Shown: piece by piece, positions 59,199-64,000 of the stretch | Layout: every line of letters starts with the position of its first letter | Numbering within the stretch: the stretch's first letter is position 1 | From: Sminthopsis crassicaudata | Lineage: Eukaryota | DNA: 64,000 nucleotides | Direction of reading: 5' to 3' | Assembly: GCF_048593235.1 (NCBI RefSeq) | Contig: NC_133622.1 | Span: 236,809,198-236,873,197, forward strand | Position numbers and translations under genes: made by a program | The notes under the pieces: model-generated | Database searches by the model: none | The model's input: only the letters and a program-made list of their open reading frames with translations | What the model was told of the DNA's origin: nothing

Positions 59199-60128
59199 AT
59201 GGTACAGCCTGGAAATGTGACAGAATTCATTTTTCTAGGACTCTCTCATAATCTAAAGATTCAGAGAATTTGTTTTGTGCTGTTTTTGTTCTTGTACGTG
59301 AGTATTGTATTGGGGAATTCTCTCATTGTGTTGATTGTCAATTTCAGCAAGAACCTTGATTCCCCCATGTATTTCCTCCTCAGTCACTTCTCTTTTGTGG
59401 AGATCTGTTATTCCTCAACTACTTCCCCCAAACTTATTGCAGATTTACTTGCTGAGAGGAAATCCATCTCTCTAGAGGGCTGCCTCACCCAAGTGTTCTT
59501 TATCCACTTCTTTGGTGGCATCGAGATGTTTGTTCTCATAATAATGGCTTATGACCGATACTTGGCCATCTGTAAGCCTCTGCACTACATGTCCATTATG
59601 AACCCTTGGATTTGTGGCCTCCTGGTTGGCACGGCCTGGTTGGGAGGCTTTTTACACTCAACTGCCCAAATTCTCCTTATATTCAACTTACCCTTTTGTG
59701 ACTCTAATGTGATTGACCATTATTTCTGTGATGTTCTCCCTCTGTTGGAACTGGCCTGCACGGACACCTTCTTCATTGGGTTGCGTATTGTGGCTAATGG
59801 AGGGAGCCTGACAGTGGTCAGCTTCATAATTCTCCTGACTTCTTATAGTGTGATCTTGTTCCATCTAAGGGGGCACAGTAAGGAAGGACGCCGAAAAGCC
59901 CTCTCCACATGTGCTTCCCATATCACTGTAGTTGTCTTATTCTTTGGACCCTGTGTCTTCATCTACCTGAGGCCCAACACCACTTGCTACATGGACAAAA
60001 TGGTGGCCATATTCTACACAGTGATTACTCCCCTCCTCAACCCAGTCATCTATTCCTTGAGGAATGCTGAAGTGAAGAATGCCATGAGGAAGCTGTGGGT
60101 CAGAATGGTGAAACAAGGAGAGACATGA
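59199..60128 (+). CDS. Olfactory receptor, OR4X subfamily-like (309 aa, intact)
   Basis: Complete OR motifs ([40 protein letters not shown]). Acceptor TTTTGATTCAG ends at 59193. Confidence 0.92.
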   Translation: MVQPGNVTEFIFLGLSHNLKIQRICFVLFLFLYVSIVLGNSLIVLIVNFSKNLDSPMYFLLSHFSFVEICYSSTTSPKLIADLLAERKSISLEGCLTQVFFIHFFGGIEMFVLIIMAYDRYLAICKPLHYMSIMNPWICGLLVGTAWLGGFLHSTAQILLIFNLPFCDSNVIDHYFCDVLPLLELACTDTFFIGLRIVANGGSLTVVSFIILLTSYSVILFHLRGHSKEGRRKALSTCASHITVVVLFFGPCVFIYLRPNTTCYMDKMVAIFYTVITPLLNPVIYSLRNAEVKNAMRKLWVRMVKQGET

Positions 60129-61546
60129 AATGAGAGACTCCTGATATTAATTTGCCCTGAATCAAAATGGGTAAAATCCAGGGAAGTTCAATTGTAGTAG
60201 AACATAGTAGATAATATATTTATCAGAAATAGGACTTGAAGAAAAATTCAAAATGGCTTTCTTTGAACACAGAAGTCATGAAAATATTCTTTTATTGTGT
60301 TCATCAAATTTTGCTTTGGATATTGTTTTTTAAAATATATATATTTTATGTATCTGATTGTATATGGATATATTAAATTGTGATTATATTTTCAATCTTT
60401 AATTTCTTGGGGGCAGACTGGTATAATGGACAGAGCAATGATTTGATCTGAATCTTGATTAAGCTACTTAGTAGTTGTATGACCTTAGGCAAATGATAAT
60501 AATGATAACTAATATTTAGATAACAATGAAATTGGTTAAGCAATTTTCATGTGTCATCTCATTTCATGTTTGCAACAACACTGTGAGGTGGGTTCTATTA
60601 TTATCTTTATTATACAGTTAAGGAAAATGATGTTAAGAGAAATTAAAGTACTTGCCCAAGGTCACATATGTAATAAGTATCTGAAGTAGGATTTGGAATT
60701 AGGTATTTCTGATTCCAGATCTAGCACTCTCTCCTTTAGGCCAGTTTCTTCAGTCTCCTAAGTCTTAGTGATTTTTAAAACAACTTCTTATTCTAATCTT
60801 TCATGAATATCAAAGAAATATTTTCTTCTTCATATCTTGGCTCTCTTTTATCTTGATTATAATTGCCCTGCATTATATTTATCTTTCTACATAATGTATT
60901 CTGATTTGTAGATTGTAAGTTCCTTGAGGAGAGGGATGAAATACTTTTATATCTTTATAACCAAGTCTGGAACACTGTCTTCAACTTAATAAAGAAATGT
61001 TTTTGGATCAGAATTTGTTTTCAAACCCTGATGGTACCTGAATACCATTTGCATATAGACTGTCCACACTGGATCACAAACTAGTAAATATCAAGTATCT
61101 GAGCCAGAGATTTGAACTCCTGACTCCAGTTCTGGTGCTCTCACATGCCATTCTTGATATCTCCAACTCTATGTAATCACGATGGCCAAGTTACTGACCC
61201 TCTCTGAGCTTCAGTTTTCTTATATATAAAATGAATCTGATATTATCTGTAGTACCTATCTCAGAGTTTCTCTTTGTGAGGCTCAATTGAAATAATTTCT
61301 GTATAGAGTTTTCAAAAATTTCAAGTGCTAAATAAATGTTATTTATTATTATGATTATAGGGAGTTGTCCAGAAAATCCTGGACATGGCACCATTGGTTT
61401 CTGATCAAATGTAGGATAGTACTCATAGAGTGCCTGGGCAGGGAGGAGGGCGGTGTAATATTATTGATCTGGAAGGTTCAAAGTAGACTCATTATAAAGA
61501 AACTTGAGAGTGAGGGAAGAAGAATGGGTCTGTGTAGATTTCCTTT

Positions 61547-61728
61547 NNNNNNNNNNNNNNNNNNNNNNNNNNNNNNNNNNNNNNNNNNNNNNNNNNNNNN
61601 NNNNNNNNNNNNNNNNNNNNNNNNNNNNNNNNNNNNNNNNNNNNNNNNNNNNNNNNNNNNNNNNNNNNNNNNNNNNNNNNNNNNNNNNNNNNNNNNNNNN
61701 NNNNNNNNNNNNNNNNNNNNNNNNNNNN
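61547..61728. other. Assembly gap (182 N)
   Basis: N run. Confidence 1.
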
Positions 61729-61830
61729 TTTCCCTTTCTGTTTTGTTTTCCCTTTCCCTTTCCTTTTCCCTTTCCCTTTCCTTTTCCCTTTCCCCTTCCC
61801 CTTTCTCCTTTCCCCTTTCCCTTTTCCTTC
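61729..61830. repeat. (TTTCCC/TTTCC)n pyrimidine repeat abutting a gap
   Basis: Direct reading. Confidence 0.9.
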
Positions 61831-62334
61831 ACTTTTTGTTCCCTTCTCTTGCCAAGGCTGCATATTTTCATAATTTCAAGTCTTTGAGATGATCTCTTCT
61901 GGCCATTCTTAGCCTATCTGTCTTTTAAAAGAATTCCAAGAACTGAACTCAGTGTTTCATATGTGATCACAGCACACCAAAGTAGCAAGGTCATTAATTC
62001 CCTAATCCATGATATTCTTCTATTTTTAAAGTTCAGCATAAGACAGTGGGAGCTAAATAAGCTGCCATGACTCACTCTTGACTCTTAATGAACTTGAACT
62101 AGCTCATCTTTAGATATCTTTCAAAAGAACTGGTGTTTATGTTCTCTCAATTCTTTAACTGAGGTTTGAGCTGTCTCCAACATGCTCTTAGAATTAGGAA
62201 GTATCTTAAAGTTCTTTTAATCTAACATTTGCTGATTCTAGGATCCTGTGCAGTGAAAATTGAGTGAAATACACCATTTATTTCTGACCAAATATAGGTT
62301 AATATCCAAAGAATTTTTTTGCTTATTGGTTGTC

Positions 62335-62527
62335 TCTCTATGTGTATATGCATGCATATGTATAGGTGCAGGAGTGCATGCACATAAATTTATATGTAAG
62401 TGTGCATGTGACAGCACCTGTGTGTGCATACATGCATGTGTGTATGTACATGTACAAGGGTGTATGTTTGTGCATATGTGCTTTGGAAAATATGTGTGTT
62501 TGTGTTTGTGTTTGTGTGTGTATGTGT

Positions 62528-62570
<43 letters not shown>
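62335..62570. repeat. Compound (TG)n / (TGCA/TGTA)-type repeat
   Basis: Direct reading; only ~35 bp long at the paralogous site 54338-54372. Confidence 0.95.
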
Positions 62571-62573
<3 letters not shown>

Positions 62574-62714
62574 AGGCAAATTAGGGTGTATGTGGTAGGT
62601 CCAAGTCATCATGGTAGCTTTTTAGTTAGTTCTCTGAGGCCATCTGAAGATGGACTGGGTACAGATGGGGAGAGACATGCTTTCTTCTTTCTGATTCTGA
62701 GGGAGGAAGAGGAG

Positions 62715-63090
62715 ACTAAACAAAGGTGCCCTTTTAGAAGTCCAGGATTTCTGATTGGAATAATTAATTGTACATTTACCTTAGTCTTCTGGGGAAAGGT
62801 CTTTGATGGGGAGTGTTTGAAAACCTCAGGGGCCTCAATTCCCTGATTTCAGTTTTCTGGCTTCTAAACTTAAGGCTTCTTCAGAGTAGAAATAATTGCT
62901 TCTGATCCTTCTGTTCTAGCTTTTAGAACAGAAAGGGCTAAGGCACAAGTGAATTTATAGCTCTGATATCAATGAGGAGGAGGAAGAAATCCACAACCTG
63001 AGGTGGGCACAGTGCTAGCGTTCCTTATGTGTTTAGTATCCTCGGAGTGCTATAGCAAACTCCCTGCCACTCACTAAGAGAGAGGCAAAT
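62715..63090 (+). promoter_or_regulatory. Candidate promoter/first exon of an OR predicted beyond the window
   Basis: Paralog of 54525-54930: TAATTAAT at 62761, CCTCAGGGG, ATTCCCTGA, GAG|GTGGGC at 63003. Confidence 0.55.
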
Positions 63091-64000
63091 TTTTTTTCAA
63101 TTGACCCCTTTCAGAGAAGGTAGCTAATAAAGACAAGGTTGGAGAGGTACTTGAAGCCCTTTTGTGTCCCCAAGATCTTTCCTTCTAGAAATGAATAAAT
63201 TTGACCAATTGTCTTATGTTAGGTATCCCTAGAAAGCATAAAAAGACCAGGATGGTCGAATTCAACTCCTTCATTTCCTAAAATCAGATGGCTTCATTGT
63301 CAAGACTTGCGAGGGACAATGGTCAAATATTAGTTAAAGCTTGTTTAAAAATATTTCTTTGGTTTATTGCTGAACTAACACAATCTTGAAGTCTTGATTC
63401 TCTGTGAAATTACCATTTTTTAAACCAGGATCTTGGGGAAGAAAAGTTTTTCTCATTCTTATTTACTGTTGTGTTTCTTAATAAGGCTCATTTGGTGATA
63501 ATTTCTACAAATAGAAAGCTTGGCTGCCTTGTACATAACATTTGCTATTTTGCTATTTATTACTAGTGTGATCTTGGGTAAATAATTTGACTTTTCTGCA
63601 GTTTCTCCCTTAAAAGAACTTCAGAGCAGGTGAGATTTTCTTTTGTCTTAATGTTGCCAGAGTATGGCAAAATGTCACATTTCTTGACATGTGAGGAGGG
63701 TGTCCTCATTTGTCATAGGACAAGTTATTCATAAGTGTTGGATGAATCTTTTGAAGCTCTGGATCATGTAATTTCTAAGGTGTTCCCGTTGAAAGGAAAA
63801 ATTTTCCTTTGGGCTTTTGCTCTGATTAAAGAGGCAAAATGCAGGACAAAGAGGATTAAAGATTTTTTTAATAAGTATTTCAAGGCAGCACAATGCTGCT
63901 GAGATGAATCACTGAAGATCAACAATGGCTTCAAGGTGGGGACAGCTGTAATAGGTAATTTTAAGATAATCTATTTGGGTCTGTCTTGCCAAAAGAGGTT

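Larger units (their letters stand above)
54225..64000 (+). repeat. Direct duplication 54225-56045 vs 62215-64000 (continues past the window end)
   Basis: Matching anchors CTAACATTTG..GATTCTAGGA, AAATATAGGTTAATATCCA, GCAAATTAGGGT, CAGGACAAAGAG and GGTGG(A/G)GACAGCT at ~8 kb offset. Confidence 0.9.

Noticed and set aside
62238-62846. His/Thr- and Cys/Val-rich ORFs (similar ones at 20127-20498, 29598-29959, 57380-57592)
   Set aside because: Translations of microsatellites.

Overview
AT-rich marsupial genomic DNA, probably dasyurid judging from WSINE1-like SINEs, marsupial L1/RTE 3' ends and an OC1-like hAT MITE. The window is an olfactory receptor (OR) family-4 cluster. It holds six intact single-coding-exon ORs (one OR4S-like, a tandem OR4B1-like pair, an OR4X2-like pair on the minus strand and one further OR4X-like gene) plus a 228-bp OR fragment. 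Three segmental duplications organise it (11.4-17.9/18.4-23.7 kb, 24.9-33.65/40.4-49.6 kb, 54.2-56.0/62.2-64.0 kb). It also contains many dead L1/L2/RTE/SINE copies, a solo LTR, hAT MITEs and four N gaps. I see no novel protein-coding system. The best leads are non-coding: (1) a ~55-bp homeodomain/O-E-type core found six times, always gene-oriented, 3-6 kb upstream of each of the five OR4B/OR4X genes and once more near the window end, predicting an OR just beyond the window; (2) (TA)n-centred fold-back palindromes, including a two-sided scar at 57.5 kb; (3) gene-conversion tracts; (4) an unidentified mRNA 3'-UTR retrocopy inside an OR intron whose poly(A) signal survives in only one paralog; (5) upstream-ORF-rich 5' leaders. 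All alignments were done by eye and subfamily names come from recalled similarity, not database searches.
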